A stretch of DNA of 63,084 bases, filler included, from Kipferlia bialata (taxonomy: Eukaryota), in the NCBI GenBank assembly GCA_003568945.1. It is 5 parts of 5 records of this genome, joined end to end, with 100 filler letters (N's around TTAATTAATTAA, not from the genome) between each part and the next. Parts side by side here need not be neighbours in the genome. Positions count along the whole stretch, not along the records: positions 14,919 to 29,736 come from BDIP01000767.1; positions 29,837 to 44,653 come from BDIP01000768.1; 3 more parts are not named here. One strand, written 5' to 3'. The translations under genes were made by a program, and so were the position numbers. Below the pieces are notes generated by a model. It did no database searches, was not told where the DNA came from, and saw only the letters and a program-made list of their open reading frames with translations. Of the stretch, positions 28,201 through 39,195 are shown piece by piece. Position 1 is the stretch's first letter; each line of letters opens with the position of its first letter.

Positions 28201-29155
28201 TGGGTGTGTATGTCGTTCTCCACCTTCTGTTTCTCACTTCAGCTTGTCGATATCCCAGTTACTGCTCCAGAGATGTCACCCTTCGTGCTCCAGCTCCAGC
28301 AGGCAGGGGCGAGAGAGGTGACCAAGATCAGGCGTCTGGACCATCCTAGGTTACTGCTATCCTATGTTGAAATCGTAATTCACTCTGTTTAGTTGAAGAA
28401 ATTTCGGTATTGGGGTACTAACCTGTCCAGTATGTGTATTAGTTTGTGACAACTCACCCTGATCAGTAGAGGTAATATGGAAATATAAATGTCTGACAGC
28501 TAGGTACTACAGCCTGCGCAGGAGCGGCAAGCGCCTCACACCAGCATGGCACGGCACCTCAATGCGCAATATCGAGAGGGTCAGTCTAAGTACTCTCTGT
28601 GTCATTCTATAGTACATACTTCATCTCACTCCAGTCATACACTGACGGTGGTGTGACCAACGGCTTCAGGTATGTATCCATCCCCCCGTGTATGTCCTTC
28701 CCTGGGCTGACTGATATATGTGTACACATGTTTGTGGATGAGTGTATGTATGAACACATGTCAATACAAGTGTGTGTTTGTATATGAGGTCTCTGATCAG
28801 CAGGGGTGTCATATAGATATGTATTAGTATATATATGAGTGTGTGTATGTATATCTAATCAGCAGGGGTGTGAATGGCCAGGCCCATGGGCCAGGTGTCT
28901 ACATGGCACGCACACCGCAGATGGGCTACTCTAGGGAGGGCGATGTCGGAGGGGACAAGGCCATGCTCCTGCACTACGTCGACATGGGGAAGGTGTATAC
29001 AGCATATACATATATTTATATTCATGAATGAGTTGTGTTCAGTGTCTACAGTTAGTACCTACGTACCGTCTCACACACAGGCCACCAAGACCAGCCCCAT
29101 TGTCCTTCCCGACGACGCCTCCTTTGCACTGCGGTATGTGTTCTTCTTCCAGTAA
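15047..29155 (+). CDS. ZNFX1: ZNFX1-like protein (SF1/UPF1-type helicase, NF-X1 zinc fingers, RING-like segment, RZ finger) with C-terminal PARP-type domain beyond an in-frame TAG at 28014-28016
   Basis: Probable ATG at 15047. Helicase motifs: IRGGPGTG|KS, ILIVTETNQALD, VMVVEEAGE, LIG|DEQQLRP, SLFERL, LTTQRRM, DDYQG|QE, NRALVTLSRAK. Many CGHxCxxxC(H) repeats. RZ finger YVIA|DCGG..CPQCGGTLGG. Final exon ends RYVFFFQ-TAA at 29155. Confidence 0.9.
20057..24480 (+). other. SF1 (UPF1-like AAA_11/AAA_12) helicase core of ZNFX1-like gene
   Basis: All main SF1 motifs are present in order across exons; EEAG Walker B variant as seen in the ZNFX1 family. Confidence 0.92.
24690..27075 (+). other. NF-X1-type Cys/His zinc-finger array followed by ZNFX1-type RING-like segment
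   Basis: Exons encode CGHLCTLPCH, CGHSAPIPCH, CGHLCTLPCGH, CRHQRCVNLCSEPC, LECGCFCRGLCGEACPPC, then CGHLFLVDEID...TCP|GESCR...RY. Confidence 0.85.
27337..27715 (+). other. RZ-type (RNF213/ZNFX1) zinc finger, two exons
   Basis: Exons 27337-27430 and 27572-27715 give GRIFEHGCGYIYVIADCGGAKVKTKCPQCGGTLGGENYRLVDGNRLA. Confidence 0.85.
28243..29155 (+). other. PARP-family (ADP-ribosyltransferase) catalytic domain, five exons
   Basis: Phase-compatible exons give ...VTKIRRLDHPR|YYSLRRSGKRLTPAWHGTSMRNIER|SYTDGGVTNGFR|GVNGQAHGPGVYMARTPQMGYS...KAMLLHYVDMGK|ATKTSPIVLPDDASFALRYVFFFQ*, containing the HG[TS] and GxGVYxA motifs. Confidence 0.85.
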
Positions 29156-29736
29156 GGTTAGTAAGCTGTGCCGTGCGGTGCCTGCGAGCGCTACGTGTCT
29201 GTGACGTACAAAGACGTACAAAGCAGGGATCATACGGCGCGCAGACTGGATGAAAGACCACTTGAACCTTGAGAGACTATTATATCAATTACAACAACTG
29301 CAACAGAAAACCAGGGCATGGGTTTCCATCAGCATATGGGTGGTTTTCCTTTGTCTCTGAAGATACGCAATCATCAATAGATAATGCGTGTATGTGGTTG
29401 TCTTGGAAATCAGTGCCACTATGTGTGAGGTATACCTATATAGAGATAGTGTCTACCTCCAAATATCACACCATTTGAAAAATGAGTGTATTTATACAAC
29501 TATCTCGGGCTGTATGGAGTCTCCATATAGTATGGAGAATATACACCTGCCGCTTCTATTCTCTCATCAGTTACTGGTCCCACTATTTAATCCACATCCG
29601 TCTCTATCCCAGTGTGTGTCCCTCACTCCACCGCCTCTCTCTTAGCGGGTGTCTCCAGCAGTAGGTTCACTGGCTCCGCAACCCCCTCCCCCTTCACCCC
29701 CCCTATCTGCACCCTGTAGCAGAGAGTGGGCACCTC

Positions 29737-29836
29737 NNNNNNNNNNNNNNNNNNNNNNNNNNNNNNNNNNNNNNNNNNNNTTAATTAATTAANNNNNNNN
29801 NNNNNNNNNNNNNNNNNNNNNNNNNNNNNNNNNNNN
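29737..29836. other. Artificial contig-joining spacer
   Basis: N-run + TTAATTAATTAA + N-run, 100 nt. Confidence 0.97.
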
Positions 29837-29884
<48 letters not shown>

Positions 29885-30269
29885 GGACACACAGAGAGAA
29901 CCAGGTGGTCATAATAGGTCACCCCCATACTAGAGAGCAGTTCCATCTGGGGGCAAGTGAATGTTGACCAGGTGAGGGCATATACATGCATACCCACTCA
30001 TATTCATATGGCGGGGGTATACTCATGCCCACCTAGCTGGTACCGCCGTGCCACACTGCTCTGCAGACATGCCTCCACGTGGTTGGACATGGGTGGGGAT
30101 GGTGTAGGACTCAATATGAGGCTATGAGTGGAGGTAGAGAGAACACGGTGGTCTCAGTCAGACTCTGACTTCCACTTTTTGTCTGAGGACTTGAAAAGGG
30201 GTGATTGATTGGCCAATCACTCTCAGGTGTCATTCTTCCTACCTTTTAAGCCTGGTCTTTCTCATATCG

Positions 30270-30469
30270 ATGCCCATCCTTCACAGTGGGTTTGGCATGG
30301 AAGGCCTAGAGTGGCTGAATGCACCTGGTGAGTGACAGTCTCTGCTTCTCTCCCTCTCTGCGTCTCTCCAATGTATTGACTTGTCTGCCATCTCTCCAAT
30401 GCCCTTACCCGTATACAGTCCCCTCCCTTCTAGTTTCGGAGCTGTGGTAGTCCTCTTCTCGTTCGTCTC

Positions 30470-30522
<53 letters not shown>

Positions 30523-33500
30523 TCTCCTTACCCCTGCTCTCTCTACATGTTCTTTCCATAAGTTCTCACTAACACCCAGATAGCTGGGTGCCACAGGATG
30601 GCAAGGAGGGGAGGATGTATTACTAAACTGTATATATGTATATATGTACATATATTCCATCTTATTCCCAGACAGCTGGGTGGCACAGGATGGCAAGGAC
30701 GGGGGGTGGTATATATGTGTGTATATATGTATATACTATTATATACTCATTAGTATATACCCTTACACTTTAACACCAGATAGGTGGGTGGCACAGGATG
30801 GCAAGGACGAGGGCAGGGGTGGGACATACTCTATAGAGGGGGAGGCGGATGCAATGCTGCTCTGTCCCCCTAGCAAGAAGGACTTCTGGAGGAGGACATA
30901 CTACAGGTACGATATGTATATACTCCAATACGAATATATAGTATTAAATAGACCCAGAAGTAATATATGTATTACACATATGCCGGGTCTGATCGAGGAT
31001 GACAGTCTCCTTAATATTCCTCCTTGTTAAGGGTCACTCTCTCTCTCTCTCTCTTAGGATACATACCAGTAGTCTCTTACTCTACTAGGCCCCTCCTTGT
31101 CAAGGATGACATGTCTCTCTCTCCCTCTCTCTCTACCCCTTCTATCGTATATACTTCTGCTTGTCTCATATATATCTCACCCATGCCCCTCCTTGTCAAG
31201 GATGACGGCCCAGCCCTGCTCAAGACAGTGGACGGGACAGAGGTATTGTTATAGTGTCTACATGGTATATATAATAGTATATATATATATACTCTATACT
31301 GCTCAAGACAGTGGACGGGACAGAGGTACATCCAGTACATCTATGAATATATGTATATGTGTATATTACGCCATACTGGGTCCCTTCATGCAACAATGTT
31401 ACGTTATACTGCTCAAGACAGGGGACGGGGCACAGGTATTGTTATAGCATGATTAATAAAGTATACACGTCACTCGAAGACATCAAGCCCCCCACGCAGT
31501 CCATGGATCTCCACACAACGACTCTCTTTCCTTCTCTCTCCCCTCTCTGTCACATATCCTCTCTCACCTCAGCCCCTCACCCTGTCTGTCTCCTTTGACC
31601 TCACAGCCGAGTCACAGTTTGACCAGGTATACAGTGTGTTGTGCATTATCCCTATATTGTATTGCATGCTCCAGGGATACTCTATCGTATGTATTGATAC
31701 GCATGTACTTGCATACTTCTATGACCCTGTATTACATTCCCTCTTACACATAGGCCGGTGCCATGGTACGTGTGGATGAGTGCAACTGGATCAAGACTGG
31801 CATAGAGGTGGTGGACGGGGTGCCTAGGTACCAGGCTTTTGCTATAGTCTATATGAGTATATGTGTATATACAAGTATATGTGTGTGCATGTGTGTGTGA
31901 GTGTATATGTATATATGGCATAGAGGTGGTGGACGGGGTGCCTAGGTACCGGGCCTCTACTATAGTACACACAGNNNNNNNNNNNNNNNNNGGTGCCTAG
32001 GTACCGGGCCTCTACTATAGTACACACAGTATATGGGACTATATACTTATGTATATGTATATATATAGGAGAGAGGTAGTGGACGGGGTGCCAAGGTACA
32101 AGGCCTGGTACTACAAGTATTGTACATGTGTATACACATATATACATATTGTATATGTATATGGACAAACGATATATGCATATACAGTATGTCTTTCAAG
32201 TAAACATCACCTCTTCAGACACGTACACGTGTGTGCTATTCCTCTCATATCCAGACTGTCGTGTGTTGTCACTAAGGACGGGTACTCAGACTGGAGCACC
32301 CAGATACTACCCGAGGTATATGCATCTGACAGTATAGACATAGGTCTATGTATGTGTGTAACTATATATATAGAGAGAGAGATGGGTACTCAGGCTGGAG
32401 GACCCAGATACTGCCTGATGTAAATGTATATAGGGGGACCGAGAGGGGGGGGAGAGACACAGCTACTGAGGATACCTGAGCTACAGCCTGCCACACTCTC
32501 TTTAAGTTTAAGTTTTAGTTTAAGTCTAAGTTTAAGTTTTGGTTTAAGTGATGCATTCCCTCGACAGTTTAGTGGTCTGTACCTATATCACATCATATAT
32601 ACTTATACATACTCATATATACTCTTATATACTTACAGTATACACATTGACCCTCAGGGCCATACCTTTGATGGACAGAAGGACACTGTGTCTGTATCCC
32701 TCTTATACGTATTGTATTCACTTCTTTGTGTATATATTACGTCTAATGATCTCTCTTAGCTGACCTCTAGGGCCACACCACTAAAGCAGAGACGGACACT
32801 GTCTCTGTCTCTCTATCTATGCGTGTCTCCCAGATGGGCGATGGTGCCTATGTCATAGAGTACCTAGACGCAGATGGTGTGTACCAGTTCGTCAGGATAT
32901 GTCAGTTATGCACTGCACCTAGTGATGTCCGTCTGGGGGTGTTTGCATGTTGCCCGGAGGCACAGAGAGGATGTACAGCTAGGTATATAGGAAGCTTAGT
33001 ATTACATATATTTTTACATATGTAGAGAGAGAGAGAGAGTAGACGCAGGCTGTCCAGATGCACAGAGAGGTTGCACAACATGGAATGCCATCTCTCTTTT
33101 CTTTCCCTCTCGCTGTGTATGATTTGCCTTGGTGTTTGGGTATTGTCTCTCCTTACAAGCTTACTAGTTACCGCAGGTTCATTTTCTTCTAGGGTGAGAC
33201 TGGTACACATAATAGTATACGAATATCTCTTGCAATGTCCTAAACTAAGTGTAATGTGTATCCAATATATAGTGTATTTACTTATCCACAGGTTTTACCA
33301 CCTACTCCGTGGAGACTTGTGTCACACTTACACACTCATGTATACACATATATATTTTTATATGTGTGTGTATAGTGCGTTCTTATACCATATTCACAAG
33401 AACACCACCCTCTCGGTTGAGACTGGTGTCACACATATGTATGTATTCATATATACATCTGACAATATACATGCACACACATATATACATATTGTTATCT

Positions 33501-33604
33501 AATCAGTACTGGAGTACAGACTCTTTCTAATTCATAGGTTCACCACCTTCTCCGTAGAGACTGGCGTCCACTTTGAGCACGATGCTAGTGGTAACCTGCA
33601 ATGA
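30270..33604 (+). CDS. DUF1349 (Ree1-like, concanavalin-fold) protein, multi-exon
   Basis: Exons give MPILHSGFGMEGLEWLNAP.., KKDFWRRTYY, SQFDQ|AGAMVRVDECNWIKTGIEVVDGVPR|LSCVVTKDGYSDWS, FVRICQL..VRLGVFACCP..ARF, TGA at 33602-33604. WLN-P, DFW, FDQAG, WIKTGIE and SDWS are DUF1349 hallmarks. Confidence 0.88.
32501..32548 (+). repeat. Degenerate (TTTAAG)n hexamer repeat inside a DUF1349 intron
   Basis: tttaag tttaag ttttag tttaag tctaag tttaag ttttgg tttaag. Confidence 0.8.
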
Positions 33605-34301
33605 CTTAGTATATATAGCTTAAACTTCAAGTTGAAGTCTTTAGGATCTGCATATCTGAATACCTCCCAATGTTCCACAAGGAGTGAGTATACGTTCTGC
33701 TTCGAGCAGGACGCAAGTGGAATATGGAGAAAAATGATGGACATTGGCAACCGTATTTGATTACGTGACATGTATTCTAGTATGTGATTTCTGTACGAAT
33801 AGCCAGTATTCCAAATAGAGACTGAGCACGGTGCAAGAGGTAGTGGACAGCTGTTTTCCATCGAGTTGTACCTCGGAGCCTTGGCTCACATACATTTGTG
33901 TGGAAATGTGCAGCTCTCATCGTGATCGCTGTTTTAAACGGTGGACAACCAGACATGTAAAGACATATATATAGACAATGTATCATTGGGCTTCATTGTG
34001 TCAACCTGTGTCGCTATGAGAACAGCTCCTATTCCTTCTCACCGGTATTCCGCCTGTAGTACTCCACACGCCCTTAGCAGCGAGGGCATAGAAGTGGAGT
34101 ATGTATTTACTCCGTCCTTTCGATATTGACACCTCACTGACCAACAAACATAGGACTCAATCTCATTGAATTCGCATACTCTAATACCACGTCAACAGTC
34201 ACTGGGTCTCTCCCTATCTCTCTCCCTCCACAGAGTGTATGTCTTCTTACGGTTCCTGTCGTATGTATCTAGGTACCGACACAAGGTATCCACTGTATAG
34301 A

Positions 34302-35216
34302 CTATACACCCTGTTCGGTTACTACCGCCCCAGGAGGAATGATCCCCCACCTCAACCCGCGGTGCGGATACTCCAGGGATGGGTCTATGTAGTGGAACAC
34401 AGGGTGGCCACCTCCTGGTAGCTGTAACACTGCCAGGGTGGGGTAGAACACCTCACCACAGGAGAAGAGTTTGTTTGGGAGCCTGGCTACCTCGCCTGAG
34501 ATGGTGTCGTATAGAGACCAGGGGTGTCCCCCAAGGAACCTCTGGCTTATCAGCAGTAGAGACCCCAATGGGTAAACGGAAATGGTATGCCGATCCAAGG
34601 GTGAGAAGTTACCGTAGGAGACCACACAGTGGGTGTTTGACCATCCGTCACCCCTCTTGAATGACACCACGCACCCCTCCCTGTTTACCCCATAGTATGT
34701 GTCTCCTCTAGGTTGCTGGGGTGTGAGGGTGTTCCACATAGCAGGGGTAGGGATGCCTAGATCCACGTACCCCTCACTGGGACGCTCGGGGTCTAAGCAG
34801 AGTGTACACCTGCGTGGAACTCTGTCCAAGGCCCCTATACCCTGACAGACTTCCTCCACAACCAGGTAGCAGAGGTTGTCTAGGACAAAGTGGCTACTGC
34901 ATCGACAGTCGCCTATAAAGGAAGGGGTGGGTATCCTGGTACGTACCATGGTGTGTAGGGGCAGTACATCCACACCGTTGTAGGTGAATCCATAGATGAC
35001 ACCGCCTAGGCTAACCACACTGCTCAGTCTGATGCCTGGGACATGTGCGCACTCTTCCGTCTGAATCCCATTCTCTAGTAGAGTGTATACATGCAGGATT
35101 GATGTATCCTGGTCAACAACTGCAAGTGCGTTGCATCCAATTGGGACGCAACTCCCACGTGCGAACCCTCTGGATGCCTTACGGCTCTCCACAAACAGTG
35201 AGGGGACGTCACTCAT
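34302..35216 (-). CDS. Intronless hypothetical protein (~304 aa), lineage-specific family, possibly kelch/beta-propeller-like
   Basis: Long clean ORF without microsatellites, ATG at 35216. Motifs LYDTISGE and C-terminal IDPSLEYP..LRWG are shared with the neighbour at 36735-38080. Fold assignment is inference. Confidence 0.75.
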   Translation of the reverse strand: MSDVPSLFVESRKASRGFARGSCVPIGCNALAVVDQDTSILHVYTLLENGIQTEECAHVPGIRLSSVVSLGGVIYGFTYNGVDVLPLHTMVRTRIPTPSFIGDCRCSSHFVLDNLCYLVVEEVCQGIGALDRVPRRCTLCLDPERPSEGYVDLGIPTPAMWNTLTPQQPRGDTYYGVNREGCVVSFKRGDGWSNTHCVVSYGNFSPLDRHTISVYPLGSLLLISQRFLGGHPWSLYDTISGEVARLPNKLFSCGEVFYPTLAVLQLPGGGHPVFHYIDPSLEYPHRGLRWGIIPPGAVVTEQGV

Positions 35217-36734
35217 TAGAGACGACACCGGTAGGCAAAGCTGACTGCTTACATGCGTTCACTCAATGTGTATGTTAGGGCAGGTGGGGACGATAGTGGT
35301 AGATAGTGGCTAATGGACCCTACAGGAGAGGCCAGGCTACAAACTGTAGACTCCACTGTATATTGTTCTTGGGCATGCTGCATTCCCTAACCAAGAGAGT
35401 ATCACCGACAGCACCACTGTAAATATTCACTGTATTAACTATATACATATGCTCTGAACAAATTGGACAAATTCAGTCCCTCAAAGAGAGACGCAGTCAC
35501 GACTTAATCCATAGAGAGAGAAGCTGAGTGATTGATTGCATGAATTCTGTCAATTTTCTCAGCACTTTCTGGGCATCCAGTCTCACTCCGCGGACGAGTT
35601 TGAGAGAATTTGTATATACATCTGTTGCATCCACTGGATTCAGGACCTGAATCAGGTAAGTGAAAATATTCAACTGGAATTCATGTGTACTATTCCCACG
35701 TGACACAGTCGCTAGGCGGGATGTGCTCTGTCCGAAAGCACTGCTTGACCGAGCCAACCGTGAAAGAGGCGCTTCCGACTGTTGACACGCCCACTCTCCC
35801 CAATCCCTTCAGTGGTGTTATCTCTGGCGCCATTATCCAGGTGCTATACACACCACTCACTGAATAATATACGTCACACTCTACACAACACCTCTACTCG
35901 CTGTTTATGTCGTATGCGACTATGTACCGACCCAATACCACACATGTACACAGATCCATGTGAGGCCACGGTCGCGTCCCCTTCTGCACCTCTACACACC
36001 TACCCGTATTGGAATACGTGCCACAGAGTGAGTATCCTCCCACCACGTATATAGTATCATGTACTGTACACAGGGGCTGGGTGTCTTGGGGGGCATGACA
36101 TACTGTATACCATTAGGATGAAGAGTGACACCCGTAGGTGAGGCTGGTTGTGTGGGACCATACTGCAGAGTACGAGCCTTACAGTATACAGAAAAGGCAC
36201 GAAGAGGTAGTTACAAATGTAATAGCTTCAAATTGTAGCCTTTAACGTGATCTGTTACTAATATGTTATCGTATTACACTGGTAACGAAAATTGTGTCTC
36301 TTTGCCTAAGTCAGATATGAATATATCAAGATGAGGTGAAAAATGGCTGTGAAACAGACAGTGCTCATATTCCTATCGCAGTGTCAACTCTATTTCTCTA
36401 CTGAATAGAGAGCAGACAAAACAGCCAATAGACATAGGGCCTGATTTAGTGAATGGCTATGAGTATACAAAACTACTCATTGCGAAGGGCATGCGTTTCC
36501 CTCAAATCAAGGGAGTACTATATGGGCCCCATATAACGTAGGTTAATGATACCTCCCTGGTACTGTTGCCTATCATTGTCTTACAGGCCCTATTTGCATT
36601 GGCTTCTTACTTGACGTGCCCACACACTCATAGTGTCACTCTGACAATCACGTATCCAACGAGTACGCACACACATCGATACATTCCTCATTGGAGGCTG
36701 CCGCTCTGATTCACGCACGGCCATGACCTCTATC

Positions 36735-38080
36735 CTACTGGACGAGTCCCAACGTCCGCCGCCAGTCTATGTCCCACTCAATCAGGCTCCCCCACCCCAT
36801 CTCATCGCTGGGGTAGAGCAGAGACTCGTTGAGTGTGAGACGAGACCCAGTGATGTCTTCGGTTATTCTGTCATCAAGCCTACTGAAGCGCAGCATCATG
36901 TTGTCCCCAATAGGTATAGCCAGGTCTTGTAACCCCTGGCTGGTGCTGAAGGCTGTGTCTCCACCGGCCACTCTTCCCCAGTCGCACTTACTGTATCATG
37001 GACCCATATCCCAGAGGGGCACATGAGAAGGATGAGTCGTCCAAAGCTCTAGGTCAGAAAGGAAGTACTATCAGTATCAAGCATGCAACTCACTCTACCG
37101 AGTCAGTTACTGACCTATCTGTGTTAGAAGGTGAAAGTCATGTATCAACATGACTCATGTAATCATAGGGAGAGGATATTTACCATTGTCGCCCTCAATA
37201 CTCCTGAAGACACCCCTTGATACCTGAGCCTGTGTCACTGTCCCCACCTCCTGCGGCACCACTTCTAGCTGACTCCACCCATCCTCTGGTGTGTATGTCC
37301 AGTGGTCTCCCTCTCCAAACACATGCATGATGCCATCCAAGACAGTGTATGCGGAGAAGGATGGCGCGGACCTCATATCCGGGACCAATAATGCCCCCAA
37401 ACCCTCATCTGGCGCCTCTCTCGGGTAGTAGAAGTAGGTGGTGTCTTCATCGAGAGACCCCAGGAAGACCACCCCGTCACCCAAGACACATGCCGCATCA
37501 CACCATATCTCAGAGTGCACAAGTGGAAAGCGGTCGGGGAGAGACACTCTGGTACCATCTAGCCCAATATACTGCACATGAGCTTCTTCGCAGTATTCTC
37601 CATCCTCTCCTGGGCGAGAAGGGTCGAAACTGAACATGGTGTACTCGTGAAGCTCCTGATCTTCAGCGGCCCCCTCGTATCCGACCACCTGTCCTGCAAC
37701 AGCTACAAGGACTGCGCCCCGGAAGAGACGAATGTCATACTCAATAACATCCTCAAGGTGAGGCTGTCCGTCGTTGTCTACAGCGAACTGAATATACAGG
37801 TCTCCGCAGTCACTGTGACAGTGAGTCACTGTCCCAGGTCACGATGACACAGTATCAGTATCAGTATCAGTATCTGAAGTATCTGAACTGAACTGATACT
37901 GAACTGATACTCAGTGTCCCAGGTCACAATGACACAATCTCGATCACATGTCGCCACACATCTCTGGCTTCCTTGGAGAGGCCTAACGGGAAGATAGGGA
38001 CAGTATACAGTGAACGGCTCAACCAAAACGGCGCTCAGCTGTGCCGACCTCGCCACCTCGTATGAGTATATATTCCCCAT
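36735..38080 (-). pseudogene. Paralogue of the 34302-35216 family, two introns, apparent 1-nt frameshift near 36985 (pseudogene or sequencing error)
   Basis: Starts MGNIYSY at 38080. Middle exon has kelch-like 'VLDGIMHVFGEGDHWTYTPEDGWSQL'. Last exon reads SFGRLILLMCPSGIWVHDTVS, then continues in another frame as DWGRVAGG...LNESLLYPSDEMGWG...VQ*. Confidence 0.6.
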
Positions 38081-38596
38081 AGAGAACTGTATGACAGTAG
38101 GTCTGGGAAGTGACAGAGATAACTGTGATGAGCGTTGATCAACTTGATGTCTGTCAACCCAATAGAAAGAATATATAATGAAATCCACCTTTCAACTGCT
38201 TGTGTCTGATAGAGATGGGACTTATGGAAGGGAGCCACTTGCTACTTTGCCACTAATATCCAGTGAGGGCGTCATGTACAGTTTGAGGATATCAATGAGG
38301 GGTGACTGTGTACTGTATACTGCACAGTAGAACAACCTATTCATAGTGTACTATACAGCACACGTTTATATCACTCATAATGGCACATCGCACGTGTGCT
38401 CATTGGCACTGCAAGCCTAAGCCGACAAGGACTATCTCTGAAAGGATTTAACACTCCAACCAAGGATAAAGAGGTCAAAATTTACTATCGTATCATGCGT
38501 ACCACATTCAATAGCTTTGAAGAGGGTAATGATGACGGACGGAATTTGTGTGTCTCTCTCTCTTTCTCACCATAGCTGACAGCTATTAGCTGTAGC

Positions 38597-39161
38597 CTAG
38601 TACCAGTGGTCGATGTTGGTCTTGTAGATCCTGAGGGTCAGGGTCTGTAAATCTATATTCAGAGCATCGCTACAGTATATATATAAATATCACTGTGAGA
38701 AGATACGAATTCATGCCGTAAAGTAATTGCTATAAGGTTATTCATGCTAGTCCAGGGTATTCGTACAGTCTCTAAGAGACCGTTGTACATAGTATATTCA
38801 TAACCCGCATATAGCATATAGATATATATAATGCACCTATAGTATAGTCCTACGGAAGTAGATACTTGACAATAGACAATAGTATCTACTGTATACGTGT
38901 GGTTGAGCCCCCCTGGTGGCCATTGACAGGGTAACTCAATTAATATACATAGGAATGCTAATAATATATATTCTACACACCACATTCACAATACATGTAC
39001 CATATAGTATGATACACATATGTATCATACCGATATGTACCACATATCTGTATTATACCTGTAGTTGAGTCCCCCCGTGGCCATTGACATGGCCACCTGG
39101 TGGGACGGGGTGTGCTCAGTGTAGGCACCGTAGAATTAACAGATAGATAATATACATACTC

Positions 39162-39195
<34 letters not shown>

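Noticed and set aside
29837..30095. Possible first exon of a minus-strand gene (MSNHVEACLQSSVARRYQL) beside a poly-G run
   Set aside because: Could not be spliced to a convincing next exon. Poly-G/C at contig ends (also 63043-63079) is likely low-quality sequence.
32501..32548. TTTAAG repeat as an interstitial telomere
   Set aside because: Lacks G-runs, is short and degenerate, and is intronic.
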